A stretch of DNA of 64,000 bases from an uncultured Gemmatimonadales bacterium (GCA_963748815.1 CAVVKJ010000006.1:91800-155799), one strand, 5' to 3'; positions 42,838-52,901 are shown, counted from the first letter of the stretch. Notes: a model not told the origin generated them from the sequence alone. Numbers and translations are program-made.

Positions 42838-43454
42838 ACCGACGGCAGCGTCGCGAGCTGCCGGTCGTGCACGCGTGACAGCGTCAGCAGCGCCGTCACC
42901 GCGCCGATCAGCGCCAGGAACATGTCCCACTGGGTGTCCCACACATCGCCCTGCGTGCCGAGGAAGGCGGTGGCCGAGTCGCCCGTCGCGACGGCGGTCC
43001 ACCACTCGATCAGTTCGTAGAGGGCGCTGAACGAGAGGCAGAAGGCGATCACGACCGCCGGGAGCCAGCGGCTGTCCCTGAGCGGCGACGTCCGCACCAG
43101 GATTTCCCTCGCCAGGATCGCCGGGACAAAGCCCTGGGCAAAGTGCCCGAGCCGATCGTAGTGGTTGCGCGCCAGCCCCAGCGCGTCACCCACCCAGAAC
43201 CCGATCGGCACCTCGGCGTAGGTGTACCGTCCCCCGACCATCAAGATGCAGGCGTGCACCGCGAGCAACGTATAGAGGAGCGGGGTCAGCGGAAACCGCC
43301 TGCCGCTGGCGAGCAGGATCGGGACGCCGATCAGCACCGGTGCCACTTCCAGCACCCAGGTGAACCGGTCGTGGGGCGTCACCCCAGACCAGACGAGGAC
43401 GGCGACGACGAGCGCCAGGAGCGCCAGCGGCAGGCGGGCCAGGGGTGCGGTCAT
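42834..43454 (-). CDS. DUF2238 (YjdF) membrane protein
   Basis: RNHYDRLGHF, YELIEW, FLGTQGDVWDTQWDM. Confidence 0.92.
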   Translation of the reverse strand: MTAPLARLPLALLALVVAVLVWSGVTPHDRFTWVLEVAPVLIGVPILLASGRRFPLTPLLYTLLAVHACILMVGGRYTYAEVPIGFWVGDALGLARNHYDRLGHFAQGFVPAILAREILVRTSPLRDSRWLPAVVIAFCLSFSALYELIEWWTAVATGDSATAFLGTQGDVWDTQWDMFLALIGAVTALLTLSRVHDRQLATLPSV

Positions 43455-44383
43455 CCCTGCGACTCGGCATCGGGAAACGGGACGTCCACGAGGAGGCCGT
43501 CGCGGGCCACCATCGACTCGGGGAAGATGGCCTGCGCCTCAGCCACCAGTTCAGGCGCCTCGCGCGTGTAGCGCGCCGAGATGTGCGTGAGGACCAGGCG
43601 CCGGACACCCGCGTCCCGCGCGAGGGTCGCGGCGGCAGCGGCCGTGCTGTGGCCGGTCTGCTCCGCCTTGTCCGCCTCCTCCTCCGAAAACGTGGCCTCA
43701 TGCACGAGCAGGTCCGCGCCTCGCGCCGCTTCGGCGACCGCGGCGCTCGGCCGAGTGTCGCCTGAAATGAGCACCTTTCGCCCCGGTCGCGGCGGCCCGA
43801 CCAGGTCCGTCGGACCCACCCTCCGCCCATCCGGCAGTTCGACCGTCTCCCCCCGGTGCAGCCTGCCCCACAGCGGCCCCTCCGGCACGCCGAGTTCCCG
43901 CACCCGCTCGCGCTGGAAGCGGCCGAGCCGGGTGTGCTCCACGAGGAGGTACGCGAGGGCGGGGGCGCGGTGGTCGGCCTCGATGGCCACCAGGTCGTAT
44001 TCCGGTCGGCTCACCCTGTCGCCGGGCGCGAGCTCCTCGATCTGGACCGGGAACTTGTTGCGCTCGATGCCGACGGCCAGCGCGTGCTCGAGCACGCGCT
44101 TCGCCCCGCGGGGACCGTAGAGCCGCAGCGGATCGGTGCGGTCCTGCAGGCCGAGGGTTCGCACCAGGCCGGTCAGGCCGAGGAGGTGATCGGCGTGGAA
44201 ATGGGTGAAGAAGATGTCCCGCAGGGAGAAACTCACGCCGTAGCGCATCATCTGGCGCTGGGTTCCCTCGCCGCAGTCGAACAGCAGCGTTTCTCCCTCG
44301 CGGGCCAGCGCGAGGGAGGCGACGTTGCGGTCCAGGGAGGGGATCGCGGCGCCGGTGCCGAGGAACGTCACGGTGAGGGTCAT
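43451..44383 (-). CDS. rnz: Ribonuclease Z
   Basis: FLGTG, DCGEGTQ, THFHADH, HEAT, HST, THISARY. Confidence 0.95.
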   Translation of the reverse strand: MTLTVTFLGTGAAIPSLDRNVASLALAREGETLLFDCGEGTQRQMMRYGVSFSLRDIFFTHFHADHLLGLTGLVRTLGLQDRTDPLRLYGPRGAKRVLEHALAVGIERNKFPVQIEELAPGDRVSRPEYDLVAIEADHRAPALAYLLVEHTRLGRFQRERVRELGVPEGPLWGRLHRGETVELPDGRRVGPTDLVGPPRPGRKVLISGDTRPSAAVAEAARGADLLVHEATFSEEEADKAEQTGHSTAAAAATLARDAGVRRLVLTHISARYTREAPELVAEAQAIFPESMVARDGLLVDVPFPDAESQG

Positions 44384-44432
44384 GGCGGGTGCAAGATAAC
44401 CCAGGCTCGGGCTTCCAGCCGTCGTGCCGTGC

Positions 44433-45317
44433 TCAGAACATCTTGACCTGGACGGTCAGCTTCCCGGGCTTGGCGTTGAGCGAATCGATCAGGGCCTGCA
44501 TCGACTTCATCGTGGCGGTCAGCTGGTCGTAGAGCGCGGGGTTGGTGGCCAGTTGTCCCATGGTCCCCTTCCCCGCGTTCATGTTGAGGACCAGCGTGTC
44601 CATCCGCGCGGTGGTGGTGGTGAGCTGGTGGGTGAGCCGTGTCAGGCCGGCTGTGGCGCTGTCCATGTTCTCGATCGTGTGACTGAGCGCCGGGTTCGCC
44701 AGCGTCGAGTCGAGCCGCGCCGAGACCGATTGCATCGACACCATGAGTTTCGTCATCTCCGCCGTCGGCCCCGTGCGGGTATCGGCGTACACCGACATCA
44801 GGCGCTCCATGGCCTTGAGGGTCTGGTGCAGGTCGTCGGCCATGCGCTGGTTGAGCAGGGCCTGCGCGCCAACCATGACCGCCCGGGCCTGGTTTCCGAG
44901 CTCATCGACCATTCCGCCCATCCCCGGCGCGGTGCGACCCTCCAGCAGCTCCCCGGCGACGTACGGGGTGCTGTCGGTGCCCGGATCGAGCACAATTTCG
45001 ACGTCTCCGAGCACCCCGACCGCCTCGATCGTCGCGAAGGCGTCCCGCGCGAGGGGGACGTGCTGGGTGAGCGCCAGGTCGACGCGCACGGAGCCCACGC
45101 GCTCAAACGTGATCCGGTCGACCTTGCCGACCTGGACGCCGGAGACCTTCACGGGCGTGCTCGACTTGACGTTGCCGATGTCGGTGAAGCGGACCGGGAT
45201 GAGGTCGTCGCGGCCGAAGCTCCGGCCCCCGAGCCACATCGTGCCGACGACGAAGACGGCCACACCCGCCAGCACGATGGATCCGACCAGCGCTTCACGC
45301 TTGTAGTGCAGGTCCAT
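44433..45317 (-). CDS. mlaD: MlaD/MCE family protein
   Basis: N-terminal TM, MCE domain, helical tail with GT.G.L..P.LY. Confidence 0.88.
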   Translation of the reverse strand: MDLHYKREALVGSIVLAGVAVFVVGTMWLGGRSFGRDDLIPVRFTDIGNVKSSTPVKVSGVQVGKVDRITFERVGSVRVDLALTQHVPLARDAFATIEAVGVLGDVEIVLDPGTDSTPYVAGELLEGRTAPGMGGMVDELGNQARAVMVGAQALLNQRMADDLHQTLKAMERLMSVYADTRTGPTAEMTKLMVSMQSVSARLDSTLANPALSHTIENMDSATAGLTRLTHQLTTTTARMDTLVLNMNAGKGTMGQLATNPALYDQLTATMKSMQALIDSLNAKPGKLTVQVKMF

Positions 45318-45323
45318 ATGCCC

Positions 45324-46076
45324 TCAGGCCGCGAAGGAGTGTGTATCGAAGTCCCGCTCAAGAAACGCCTTGATGCGCGGGTCCGCGGACGCCAGGAATT
45401 CCCGCGGCGTGCCCTGCAGGACGATGCGGCCGTCGCTCAGGAGCGCCACCCGATCCGACACGCGGAAGGCGCCGCGCACGTCGTGCGTCACCATCACGCT
45501 CGTGACACCGAGGGTGTCCGCGAGGTGCTTGACGAGGCTGTCGATGATGTCGGCGTTGACGGGGTCGAGTCCGGACGTCGGCTCGTCATACAGCAGGTAC
45601 TTCGGCCGCCCGGCGATGGCGCGCGCGATGCCCACCCGTTTCCGCATGCCCCCGGAGAGCTCCGCCGGGAATTTCACCGCAGTGTCGGGCGTGAGGTTGA
45701 CCAGCGCCAGGCACTCCGGCACCCGCTTCGCGCAATACTCCGCGTCGCGGTTCGCCTTTTCGTCGGTGATCCCCAGCCGGATGTTCTCGAAGACGTTCAT
45801 GGAGTCGAAGAGCGCGCCGTTCTGGAAGACGTACCCGATGGTGCTGCGCAACGCCGCGAGTTCCTTGCGTCCAAGGGTGGCGACGTTGAGGTCGTCGACC
45901 AGGATCGTCCCGCTGTCGGGGTGAATGAGCCCGATGATGTGCTTGAGCAGGACGCTCTTGCCCGTGCCGGAGGGCCCCAGCAGCGCCACCGTCTCCCCCT
46001 CCTCCACGGAAAAATCCACGCCGTTGAGGATGACCTGCTGACCGAAGCGCTTGTGGACGTCGTGAAGCTCGATCAT
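45324..46076 (-). CDS. mlaF: MlaF-like ABC ATPase
   Basis: GPSGTGKS, FQ.GALFDS, LSGGMRKR, YDEPTSGLDP. Confidence 0.92.
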   Translation of the reverse strand: MIELHDVHKRFGQQVILNGVDFSVEEGETVALLGPSGTGKSVLLKHIIGLIHPDSGTILVDDLNVATLGRKELAALRSTIGYVFQNGALFDSMNVFENIRLGITDEKANRDAEYCAKRVPECLALVNLTPDTAVKFPAELSGGMRKRVGIARAIAGRPKYLLYDEPTSGLDPVNADIIDSLVKHLADTLGVTSVMVTHDVRGAFRVSDRVALLSDGRIVLQGTPREFLASADPRIKAFLERDFDTHSFAA

Positions 46077-46870
46077 GGGTGCAGCAGCAGCTTGGCGAGA
46101 AGCGTGTCGAGGATCAGGATGGTGACCGACGTCGCCACGACGGCGGTGGTCGTCGCCTTGCCGACGCCTTCGGCTCCCTGCTGGGCGTTGAACCCCATGT
46201 AGCACGGGATCAGGGTGATCGCCCCGGCGAAGAAGAAGGCCTTGATGATCGAGTAGTAGGCGTCAAACGGGCGCCAGTAGAACTGGGCGCCGTAGGTGAA
46301 ATCGGCGTTGCCGATGGGGAGCACCTGCTTGGCCGACCACCATCCGGCCAGGACGCCGATGGCGTTGGCAAAGATGGTGAGGACGGGAATCATGACCAGT
46401 CCAGCCAGCACCCGCGGAATGATGAGGTGCGACATCGGTGACCGGCCCAGGCTCTCCAGCGCGTCGATCTGCTCGGTGACGCGCATCGTGCCGAGCTCCG
46501 CGGCGTACCGGGCCCCGATGCGGCCGGCCAGCACGAGTGCCGTCAGCACCGGCCCGAGTTCGAGCACGATCGACTCGACCACCAGGGTGCCCACCACGTA
46601 ATACGGCAGGTTGCCCTGGAACTGGTACCCCGTCTGCAGCGCGGTGACCGCCCCCGCGAAGGACGACACCAAAAGGACGATGAAGAGGCTCCCCGCGCCG
46701 ATGTTGCGGGCTTCATCCAGGGTGCGGGGCAGCCAGATTCGCCACTCGCCCAGGACGCGGAACAATTCCGCGATCATGAGACTGAAGCGCCCGATGTGCG
46801 CCAGGGAGCCGATCACGGAACGGCCCACGGCGCGTGGAAGGCTGAGAATGGCGGTCTGCGCGGTCTGCAT
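46073..46870 (-). CDS. mlaE: MlaE-like ABC permease
   Basis: ELGPVLTAL..AGR.G...AAELGTMRVTEQIDAL. Confidence 0.92.
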   Translation of the reverse strand: MQTAQTAILSLPRAVGRSVIGSLAHIGRFSLMIAELFRVLGEWRIWLPRTLDEARNIGAGSLFIVLLVSSFAGAVTALQTGYQFQGNLPYYVVGTLVVESIVLELGPVLTALVLAGRIGARYAAELGTMRVTEQIDALESLGRSPMSHLIIPRVLAGLVMIPVLTIFANAIGVLAGWWSAKQVLPIGNADFTYGAQFYWRPFDAYYSIIKAFFFAGAITLIPCYMGFNAQQGAEGVGKATTTAVVATSVTILILDTLLAKLLLHP

Positions 46871-46890
46871 CGCTATTATCTTGCCCTCCC

Positions 46891-47580
46891 ATGCCTGCGA
46901 AGTCCACCCCGAATCGCCCCCCGGCAACCGCCCTCGAGTTCCGTCGCCGCCTGCTGCGGTGGTTCCGCCGGCACGGCCGTGACCTCCCCTGGCGACGAAC
47001 CCGGGACCCCTACGCGGTGCTGGTCTCCGAGTTCATGCTGCAACAGACCCAGGTGTCACGGGTGGAGGAGTTCTGGCCCAGGTTCCTGGCGCGCTTTCCG
47101 ACGGTGGAGGCGCTCGCCCGGGCACGGCCGGCGAGCGTGCGGGAGAGTTGGGAGGGACTCGGATACTACCGTCGGGCGGCGAATCTCCACGCCCTGGCCC
47201 GCGTCGTCACGAAGGAACAGGCCGGGACCATTCCCTCGGAGACGGGTGCACTCCAGCGGCTCCCGGGCGTCGGCCGGTACACCGCCGGCGCCGTCGCCAG
47301 CTTCGCGTACGAGCGGGCCGAGCCCGCCGTGGACACGAACGTGGCACGGGTGCTGAGGCGCGCCTTCCACCCCCGGGCTCGCGGCGCGGCGGGGGAGCGA
47401 AAGCTCTGGGAGACCGCCGCGGCGCTGCATACGCGGCACGGCCGCTCCGCGTGGGCGTTCAACCAGGCCATCATGGAACTTGGCGCCCTGATCTGCACGG
47501 CGAGAATCGCGAAGTGCGGGGAGTGTCCGGTGCGGAGGGAGTGCAGGACAGGGAAAAAAGGACTGAGGACTGAGGACTGA
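46891..47580 (+). CDS. mutY: A/G-specific adenine glycosylase, short form lacking the C-terminal domain
   Basis: RDLPWR, VSEFMLQQT, WEGLGYY, VDTNV, CX6CX2CX5C. Confidence 0.9.
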   Translation: MPAKSTPNRPPATALEFRRRLLRWFRRHGRDLPWRRTRDPYAVLVSEFMLQQTQVSRVEEFWPRFLARFPTVEALARARPASVRESWEGLGYYRRAANLHALARVVTKEQAGTIPSETGALQRLPGVGRYTAGAVASFAYERAEPAVDTNVARVLRRAFHPRARGAAGERKLWETAAALHTRHGRSAWAFNQAIMELGALICTARIAKCGECPVRRECRTGKKGLRTED

Positions 47581-47614
47581 GCACAAATTGCGGCCGCCCA
47601 CAGTCCTCAGTCCT
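47559..47614. repeat. Heptamer (AGGACTG)x3 with inverted (CAGTCCT)x2
   Basis: Read directly at the junction of convergent genes. Confidence 0.85.
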
Positions 47615-47616
47615 TC

Positions 47617-48873
47617 CTATCCACTCGCCGCGATCTCGCCAACCATCCCCACCACCCGATCCACCTCATCGGGGTTGTTGTACACATGCGTCGAGAGGCG
47701 CACGTAGTCGAGGTTGTGCTCGCCGACATGCCGGACCCGGACCGGCCCCATCTTCCAGAGCTGCTGCACCACCTCGGTTCCCGCCAACCCCTCCACCTGG
47801 AACGACACCATGGCGCTCCGCACTTCGGGGGCCGCGGGAGACACGACCCGCACGCCTTGCTGGGCGCGCAGCCCCGCGTCCAGCCGCGTCGCCAGGCCTC
47901 GGCTCCGTCGCTCGATGCGGTCGGTTCCGATCGCGTTGTGAAAGGCGATGGACGCCTGGAACCCGACCAGGAGACTGTCGTTCCGCGTGCCGACGTGATC
48001 GAACCGGTCCCCCTTGAGGGCAAGGTCGTCCCACCCGCCGCTGGCGATCAGCGGCCAGAGGCGGTCGATCCACGCGGGGCTGATGTACAGAAAGCCCGAT
48101 CCCTTGGGGGCCAGCAGCCACTTGTGCGGACTCGAGGCGTAGAAATCGCACCCAAGATTCGTGATGTCGAGCGCAATCATTCCCGGAGGATGGGCGCCGT
48201 CCACCACCGTGATGATGCCGCGCTCGCGCGCCCAGGCGGCGAGCCGCCGCACCGGCTGGATGGCGCCGGTGCTGAAAAAGATGTGCGAGATGCTGAGCAC
48301 CCGCGTCCGCGGACCCACGGCCGCCGTCCACGCGTCGAACAACGCATCTTCACTCGGAGCGGGCACCGGTGGCGGGAAGGTCCGGAGGGCAAGCCGGTGC
48401 CGCGCGGCCACCAGTTCCCAGCAGCAGAGCCCGCCGACGTGCTCCTGCGTGGTGAGGAGAATCTCGTCCCCCGGCTGCAGGTCGAGCCCGCGCGCCACCA
48501 CGTTCATCCCCTCGGTCGTATTGCGGGTGAAGGCAAGCGTCTCCGGCGGGGCGCCCACCAGCACCGCCAGCTGGGCACGCAGCGCGTGGACGTCGAACGG
48601 AAGCTGGTGGAACACCGTCTCGAACGCGTGCATGTGCGCTTCGATGGCCTCGAGCACGGGGAGCGGGAGGGCGCCCCACGTGCCGGTGTTCATGAAGATG
48701 CCGTCCGTAATCAGGAACTGCCGCCGGATCTCGGCCCAGTACGCCTCGTCGTCGGAAGCGCGACGGAAGACCGGCGGAGGAGTGGCGCCGGCTTCGGCGA
48801 CGGACGCAACCCGGGGTAGCCAGGCCGCCGCGGGAAAGAGCGCCGCCGCACGGAGCAGGTCGCGGCGATGCAT
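47617..48873 (-). CDS. Class V PLP enzyme (isopenicillin N epimerase/cysteine desulfurase-like) with Tat-like signal
   Basis: MHRRDLL, RNTTEG, VDGAH, SPHKW. Confidence 0.88.
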   Translation of the reverse strand: MHRRDLLRAAALFPAAAWLPRVASVAEAGATPPPVFRRASDDEAYWAEIRRQFLITDGIFMNTGTWGALPLPVLEAIEAHMHAFETVFHQLPFDVHALRAQLAVLVGAPPETLAFTRNTTEGMNVVARGLDLQPGDEILLTTQEHVGGLCCWELVAARHRLALRTFPPPVPAPSEDALFDAWTAAVGPRTRVLSISHIFFSTGAIQPVRRLAAWARERGIITVVDGAHPPGMIALDITNLGCDFYASSPHKWLLAPKGSGFLYISPAWIDRLWPLIASGGWDDLALKGDRFDHVGTRNDSLLVGFQASIAFHNAIGTDRIERRSRGLATRLDAGLRAQQGVRVVSPAAPEVRSAMVSFQVEGLAGTEVVQQLWKMGPVRVRHVGEHNLDYVRLSTHVYNNPDEVDRVVGMVGEIAASG

Positions 48874-49331
48874 CAGCGGAGGGGAAAGCTCGCGGCCAGC
48901 AGGGCCAGCAGGCCGAGGGAGCCCGAGACGATCGAAATCGCCACGTGGCGGCGCCGGATGGCCTGGTACAGCGCCGCCGTCTGACCCTCGGGCGACACGC
49001 GGCCGAGCCGGGCGACCGTGGGCATCCCGAAGGCGAGCACGATGAGCGCCCCGAGCAGGCCGGCGCCCTGCATGACCATCATCCACACCGTGGGGGCCAT
49101 GCCGCTCATCGCCGAGCCATACATGCGGAGCGACAGCATCACGCCGGAAAGAATCATGAGGAAGGCGCCGGGGCCGATCAGCAGCTTGTGCACGGCGACC
49201 TGGCCACGGGCGATCGCGCCGAGTGCCGCGCCGGATTCTTTCTTGCCCGCGATGCCGTAGACCATCGAGCCGAGTCCGGCGCCGAGCCAGAGGATCTGTC
49301 CGAAGAAGTGCAGGAAGAGCCAGGTTTGCAT
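48873..49331 (-). CDS. Hypothetical 4-TM membrane protein (DUF2269-like)
   Basis: LH......WLG first helix; four hydrophobic segments. Confidence 0.7.
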   Translation of the reverse strand: MQTWLFLHFFGQILWLGAGLGSMVYGIAGKKESGAALGAIARGQVAVHKLLIGPGAFLMILSGVMLSLRMYGSAMSGMAPTVWMMVMQGAGLLGALIVLAFGMPTVARLGRVSPEGQTAALYQAIRRRHVAISIVSGSLGLLALLAASFPLR

Positions 49332-49332
49332 G

Positions 49333-49761
49333 TCAGGTCGTTTCCGAGAAGAGGTGAGCGTCGATCGGGCGGCGGCCAATGAAGCCGCCATCGAGTTCGT
49401 GCCAGTGGGAAACCGAGTCCTCCCCCTGCCGCCAGCAGAGATAGACGGGGCGATCGTCCCGGAGCGAGAGGAAATCGACCTGGCCGCCGTCGAACCCCTT
49501 GAAAAAGCCCCCGAGGAGCCGGAGCTCCTCCACGTAGTCGTCGATCCGCGCCGCGTGCGCCGCGGCTTCGAGGCGCGCCGCCTCCGCGCCCGCGGATTCG
49601 GAGCCCGCCACCAGCGGATCGGCCGCAGCCGCCAGTTCGAATCGCCCGACCGCCTCCACCCAGGCGGCGTAGGCCGCGAGGAGATCGCGGACGATCGGTC
49701 GCACCAGCGGAAGCGCGCGGTTCGCCTCGTCGACGGTAAAGAGCCGCGGGGTGTCATCCAT
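49333..49761 (-). CDS. DUF2203 family protein
   Basis: FTVDEAN..LP, G.VDF, YLCW..GE....WH....GF.GRRPI. Confidence 0.9.
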   Translation of the reverse strand: MDDTPRLFTVDEANRALPLVRPIVRDLLAAYAAWVEAVGRFELAAAADPLVAGSESAGAEAARLEAAAHAARIDDYVEELRLLGGFFKGFDGGQVDFLSLRDDRPVYLCWRQGEDSVSHWHELDGGFIGRRPIDAHLFSETT

Positions 49762-50593
49762 CGAGCCGCTCCCGCGCCAGGGCCGCGCACGTGGCATCGT
49801 ACCCCGCCTGCTCGAACTCGGAGAAGAGCTCCGTCGCGAAGGTGGCGCGCCGGGGGAGCGGCGGCCGGACATGGATCAGCCGGCATCGGCCCGGGGTCAT
49901 CCGCCACCGGCTGAGCGCGTCCTGGGCCTGCTGAGCCATCAGGGCACCCTCCCCCAGGTCGTGGGCGATGATCAGGCCCGGCGCGCGTACCCGCTGCTTG
50001 GGGGGCGGCTCATCGAACCCCGGCCCGACGTCCACCGCCACCACGATGTCCGCCTCGAAGCGCGCCGCGATGTCGAGCGGCAGCACGGCGCGCAGCCCGC
50101 CATCGGCCAGCCGCCGCCCGGCGGCCTCGAAAGGGGGATAGTACACCGGCAGGGCTGTCGTGGCGGCGAGGGCATCCTGCAGCGGCAGGTCGAGCCCCCC
50201 GTCACCGAGCGTCAGGAGCTCCCTGGTGTCGGCGTCCACCGTGGTGAGCGTCAGGGGGTGCGCCAGCTCTGCAAAGCTCCGCTGCGGCACGAGGCGACGG
50301 AGCGTCGCGTGCAGCGGTTCAGGGCGGAGCAGCGACCGGAACCAGAGTCCCGCAATCGGCGTGAACGGCCGCGGGCGCGCCACCTGGGCCAGCCGCACGG
50401 CGCGGAACCGTTGCGACAGCTCGTCCGCCGACGCCCCGGAGGCCGCCCCGGCCGCGATGACGCCGCCCATCGAGGTTCCGACGTACCGCGTCGGGCCAAG
50501 GCCCGCCTCCGCCAGCGCCCGCAGCGCACCGATCTGCGCCGCCGCCTTCGCCCCGCCGCCGCCGAAGACGGCGGTGACCCGCATGGCCGTCAT
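49754..50593 (-). CDS. Patatin-like phospholipase
   Basis: GGGGAK, GTSMG, DGG. Confidence 0.9.
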   Translation of the reverse strand: MTAMRVTAVFGGGGAKAAAQIGALRALAEAGLGPTRYVGTSMGGVIAAGAASGASADELSQRFRAVRLAQVARPRPFTPIAGLWFRSLLRPEPLHATLRRLVPQRSFAELAHPLTLTTVDADTRELLTLGDGGLDLPLQDALAATTALPVYYPPFEAAGRRLADGGLRAVLPLDIAARFEADIVVAVDVGPGFDEPPPKQRVRAPGLIIAHDLGEGALMAQQAQDALSRWRMTPGRCRLIHVRPPLPRRATFATELFSEFEQAGYDATCAALARERLDG

Positions 50594-51033
50594 GCCCGGC
50601 GCACGCTCTCGCGATGCAGGCGCGCGGCCTCGTAGCGCGCCCGCTCCTCCGGCGTCTCGGCCACCAGCCGGGGCACGCGCGTCGGCTTCCCGTGCTCGTC
50701 GATGGCCACGAAGATGACGTGCGCGGTGTTGGTGTGCCGGCGCTCGCCGGTGCTCACCTTTTCCGAATAGACGTCGACCGTGATATCCATCGAGCTGTGA
50801 CCGACGTAGTCCACCGTCCCGCAGCAGGTCACCAGCGCCCCGATCGGAATCGGCTCCCGGAACTCCACGCGGTCGATGACCGCGGTGACGACCGGTCCGC
50901 CGGCGTGCCGGATTGCCGCGACGGCGGCGGCCTGGTCCACCATCGACATCAGCTCGCCGCCGAAGAGATTGCCCAGCACGTTTTGCATGTGCGGCATGAT
51001 GAGCTTGGTCAGCTCGGAACGCGAATAGGACAT
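50590..51033 (-). CDS. Acyl-CoA thioesterase (hotdog, YciA-like)
   Basis: N..GNLFGG..M..VD, VG.SSM, FVAID..GKP; alternative start at 51054. Confidence 0.9.
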   Translation of the reverse strand: MSYSRSELTKLIMPHMQNVLGNLFGGELMSMVDQAAAVAAIRHAGGPVVTAVIDRVEFREPIPIGALVTCCGTVDYVGHSSMDITVDVYSEKVSTGERRHTNTAHVIFVAIDEHGKPTRVPRLVAETPEERARYEAARLHRESVRRA

Positions 51034-51065
51034 CGGGCGCGATTCAGGGAGCATCGGTCGGGTCC

Positions 51066-52829
51066 TCAGTAGTCGACGGGGCGCAGGTAGTACTCCCCGA
51101 TGGCGGTCTGGCTGAGCATCGCCACCGTCGGCAGGCGCCGCTTCCAGTGGGTGCCGTCGAGCCGGGACCGGACCAGCTCCACCTCGCCGGCGCTGTACCC
51201 GAGCAGCGTCACCTGTTCCGGGCGGTACCCCGACAGCAGCCAGTGCAGGATGCCGTCGGCCCGCTCGTAGGTGATGCCGAAGTCGCCTTCGTCGGTTTGC
51301 CCCTGGATGAGGTCGGCGCTTGCCGGCTTGTCGACGATGACGCCCGGGACGCCGACATGCCGCGCCAGCGCCCACACCTGCGTCTTGAACAGGTCGCCGA
51401 TCGGGTTGACCGGTGGCGAATCGTCGGCGTGCCAGGTGAAGTAGCCGAAGAGCCGCTCCGTCTTGTTGCCGGTCCCGATCGGGAGCGCGCGAAGCCGGGA
51501 GGAGAGGTCGAACAGCGTGATCATCCGCATCCGCGCCATGATGTTGCCGAGGGCGGCGGGCGTCGAGGGTGCCCCGATGGCCCCGGCAATGCCGTCCACC
51601 CCGGCGGAGATATCGATCGTCTGACTGGGGATGCCCAGCGCGTCGATGACGAGCTGCGCGTGGGCAAGGCTCTCAGCGCTGGACGTGCGATACGGCATCC
51701 GCACCGCGGTCACGCGCTCCTTCCCGAGCGCCTCGACGGCCAGGTACGCCACCAGCGCACTGTCCACTCCCCCCGACAGGCCCAGGACCACGCCCTCGAA
51801 TCCGCGGCGGCGCCGAACCTCGTCCCGAATGAACTCGACCAGCCAGCGTCGGGCGAGGTCGGCGTTGATGGCGAGGGGATTGGAGGCCGGCGGCGGAGTG
51901 ACGACATCGGGGCGGACTCGGCCGGCGGCGCGCCCTTCCCAGGTCGCGCTGGCCACCGCCGCCCCCGGCGCGCGACCCAGCTCCGCGAGGAGCCGGGGGA
52001 GACGACTGCGGAGATCGGCGAGCAGTGGCTGCTCGGCGCGCACACGGGTGATTTCATCGAAGTCGAGATTGACCCGGGTGATTCCCGGCTCGAAGAGCGG
52101 ACCCCGGGCCAGGATCTTTCCGGACGGGCCGGCCACGACCGACCCGCCGGCAAACGCCTTCCCCCCCTCGAACCCGACCAGCTGCGCGACCGCGACGTAC
52201 ATCCCGTGTTCGGAGGCCGAATCGGCGGCGAGGCGTTCCCACCGCTCCAGATTCGCGGGGGCCTCGGGGCTGTCGAGTCCCCGGGCCGGGGTGGCGCTGA
52301 CCACGAGCAGCACTTGCGCCCCGTCGAGTGCGGCGAGGGTCGGCATCAGCGAGTGCCAGGCGTCTTCGCACACCAGCATCGCCGCCCGTCCCCATGGCGT
52401 GTCGAACGCCCGCACCTCGGCGCCCGCCTCCACAAACCGCTCCTCGTCGAACACGCCGTACGTCGGGAGAAACACCTTGCGGTGAACGTGCCGGATGACC
52501 GGCGCGCCCGCGCCGAGCGACAGGTAGAGGCAGCTGTTGTAGTGGCAATTCCGCCAGAGTTCGTAGAACCCGATGGCCAGGTCGACCGGCGGGGCGCCGG
52601 ACGATCGATGCACGGCGGCGATGTCCTCGGCCGCCTGCTCCGCCGTGCGCGCCTGTTCGCGCACCCCGCCCTCGAGGAAATAGCCGCTCAGGGCCGCCTC
52701 GGGGAGCAGCAGCAGGTCGGGAGGTTCGGCGCCGGCGCCAGCCTCCCGGAAGCACGCCTCCAGCTGCGCGAGATTCTCGGCGTAGGCGCCCTTGCGGGGC
52801 CGAAACTGCACTATCGCGAGGCGGAGCAT
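51066..52829 (-). CDS. nadE: Glutamine-dependent NAD+ synthetase
   Basis: Nitrilase triad (PE, HRK, VCED) plus SGGVDS, GTGNKTE, DLFKTQV. Confidence 0.95.
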   Translation of the reverse strand: MLRLAIVQFRPRKGAYAENLAQLEACFREAGAGAEPPDLLLLPEAALSGYFLEGGVREQARTAEQAAEDIAAVHRSSGAPPVDLAIGFYELWRNCHYNSCLYLSLGAGAPVIRHVHRKVFLPTYGVFDEERFVEAGAEVRAFDTPWGRAAMLVCEDAWHSLMPTLAALDGAQVLLVVSATPARGLDSPEAPANLERWERLAADSASEHGMYVAVAQLVGFEGGKAFAGGSVVAGPSGKILARGPLFEPGITRVNLDFDEITRVRAEQPLLADLRSRLPRLLAELGRAPGAAVASATWEGRAAGRVRPDVVTPPPASNPLAINADLARRWLVEFIRDEVRRRRGFEGVVLGLSGGVDSALVAYLAVEALGKERVTAVRMPYRTSSAESLAHAQLVIDALGIPSQTIDISAGVDGIAGAIGAPSTPAALGNIMARMRMITLFDLSSRLRALPIGTGNKTERLFGYFTWHADDSPPVNPIGDLFKTQVWALARHVGVPGVIVDKPASADLIQGQTDEGDFGITYERADGILHWLLSGYRPEQVTLLGYSAGEVELVRSRLDGTHWKRRLPTVAMLSQTAIGEYYLRPVDY

Positions 52830-52901
52830 GCGAGTAATCTAAGGAGTCGCGCGGGGCAGGTAAGGCCGCGGCGGAACTCCGTGCCCGTCACAGGAACCTG
52901 G

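Noticed and set aside
49754..50593. Patatin as a CBASS or other defence effector
   Set aside because: No cyclase or defence genes nearby; it sits in a housekeeping operon
52830..52901. Fluoride riboswitch upstream of crcB
   Set aside because: The consensus elements GATGG...TCRCC and CTGATGAC are not found
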